The translations under genes and the position numbers were made by a program. The notes beneath the pieces were generated by a model. It made no database searches and was not told the DNA's origin. It was given only the letters and a program-made list of their open reading frames with translations. From positions 6,090,001 through 6,122,000 of the forward strand of contig NZ_RSDW01000001.1 of NCBI RefSeq assembly GCF_003945235.1: a stretch of DNA of 32,000 nucleotides. The letters run 5' to 3'. This document shows positions 31,657 through 32,000 of this stretch, in pieces. The first letter of the stretch is position 1; every line of letters begins with the position of its first letter. The stretch comes from Edaphobacter aggregans (lineage in GTDB: Bacteria; Acidobacteriota; Terriglobia; Terriglobales; Acidobacteriaceae).

Positions 31657-32000
31657 ATGGCTACTTCTTCTCCAGTTGTTCCAGTTAGTGGTTCTGTTGA
31701 GCCGGTAAAGCTTCCGGTTGTTTCGCTGATGGTTGCGGTCGTGGTTGGGATTGTTGTCGCGACTGCAGGAGTTAGTGGGTTTGTTTATCTTCTTGCGCGC
31801 TCGGGCCATCTCCCGATGCCTGTCGCCGCTGCCGCTAAGGCCGAGCCGTCTGGACCGAGTGCAACGCGCGCGCTAGTGTTGGATTCGCTGCTGGTCAACC
31901 TGGCGGATAGCGGTGGGAGTGCGTATCTGCGAGTGGGTATGACGCTACGGGTGGTGGATGTCGTTGAGAAAAGCGGCGCGAAAAAGGACAACAAAGCTGT
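31657..32000 (+). CDS. fliL: Flagellar basal-body-associated protein FliL (5' part, runs off window)
   Basis: Not in the ORF track because there is no stop before the window end. ATG 31657 (alternative ATG 31729). TM helix VVSLMVAVVVGIVVATAGVSGFVYLL, then LVLDSLLVNLADSGGSAYLRVGMTLRV, the FliL core motif. Confidence 0.75.
   Translation, partial: MATSSPVVPVSGSVEPVKLPVVSLMVAVVVGIVVATAGVSGFVYLLARSGHLPMPVAAAAKAEPSGPSATRALVLDSLLVNLADSGGSAYLRVGMTLRVVDVVEKSGAKKDNKA

Overview
This is 32 kb of high-GC (~60%) bacterial chromosome. Gene content and several families of hairpin plus triplet-array intergenic repeats suggest Acidobacteriota (Terriglobia type), but the taxon call is inference. Positions 1-20.5 kb carry mixed housekeeping and accessory genes: DUF218, DUF302, 3-methyladenine glycosylase (mpg), a cupin, a DUF433/PIN-like toxin-antitoxin pair, uvrB bracketed by two low-GC (~48%) orphan membrane-protein genes, a histidine phosphatase, a CLC-F-type channel behind a clear fluoride (crcB-motif) riboswitch, an FAD monooxygenase, a PA/M28 aminopeptidase, a HAD phosphatase, a DUF4097 beta-helix protein, an orphan MacA/HlyD-type adaptor, lexA and a beta-barrel OMP. 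They end with an overlapping three-gene regulatory operon: an OmpR-type response regulator, a 76-aa stand-alone DHp-like protein, and a sigma54 activator without a DNA-binding domain. Positions 21.1-32 kb hold a Bacillus fla/che-like flagellar core cluster, flgB-flgC-fliE-fliF-fliG-fliH-fliI-fliJ-fliK-flgD-flgE-(terminator)-fliL. It has three candidate sigma54 -24/-12 promoters (before flgB, fliK and fliL) and a ~190-bp mosaic repeat within the 220-bp gap between fliE and fliF. The best candidate for something undescribed is the kinase-less RR/DHp/EBP module, which appears wired to the sigma54 flagellar promoters. Next are the two low-GC orphans flanking uvrB and the dispersed repeat families. 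Many long ORFs in the six-frame track are antisense or frame shadows of real genes and were discarded.
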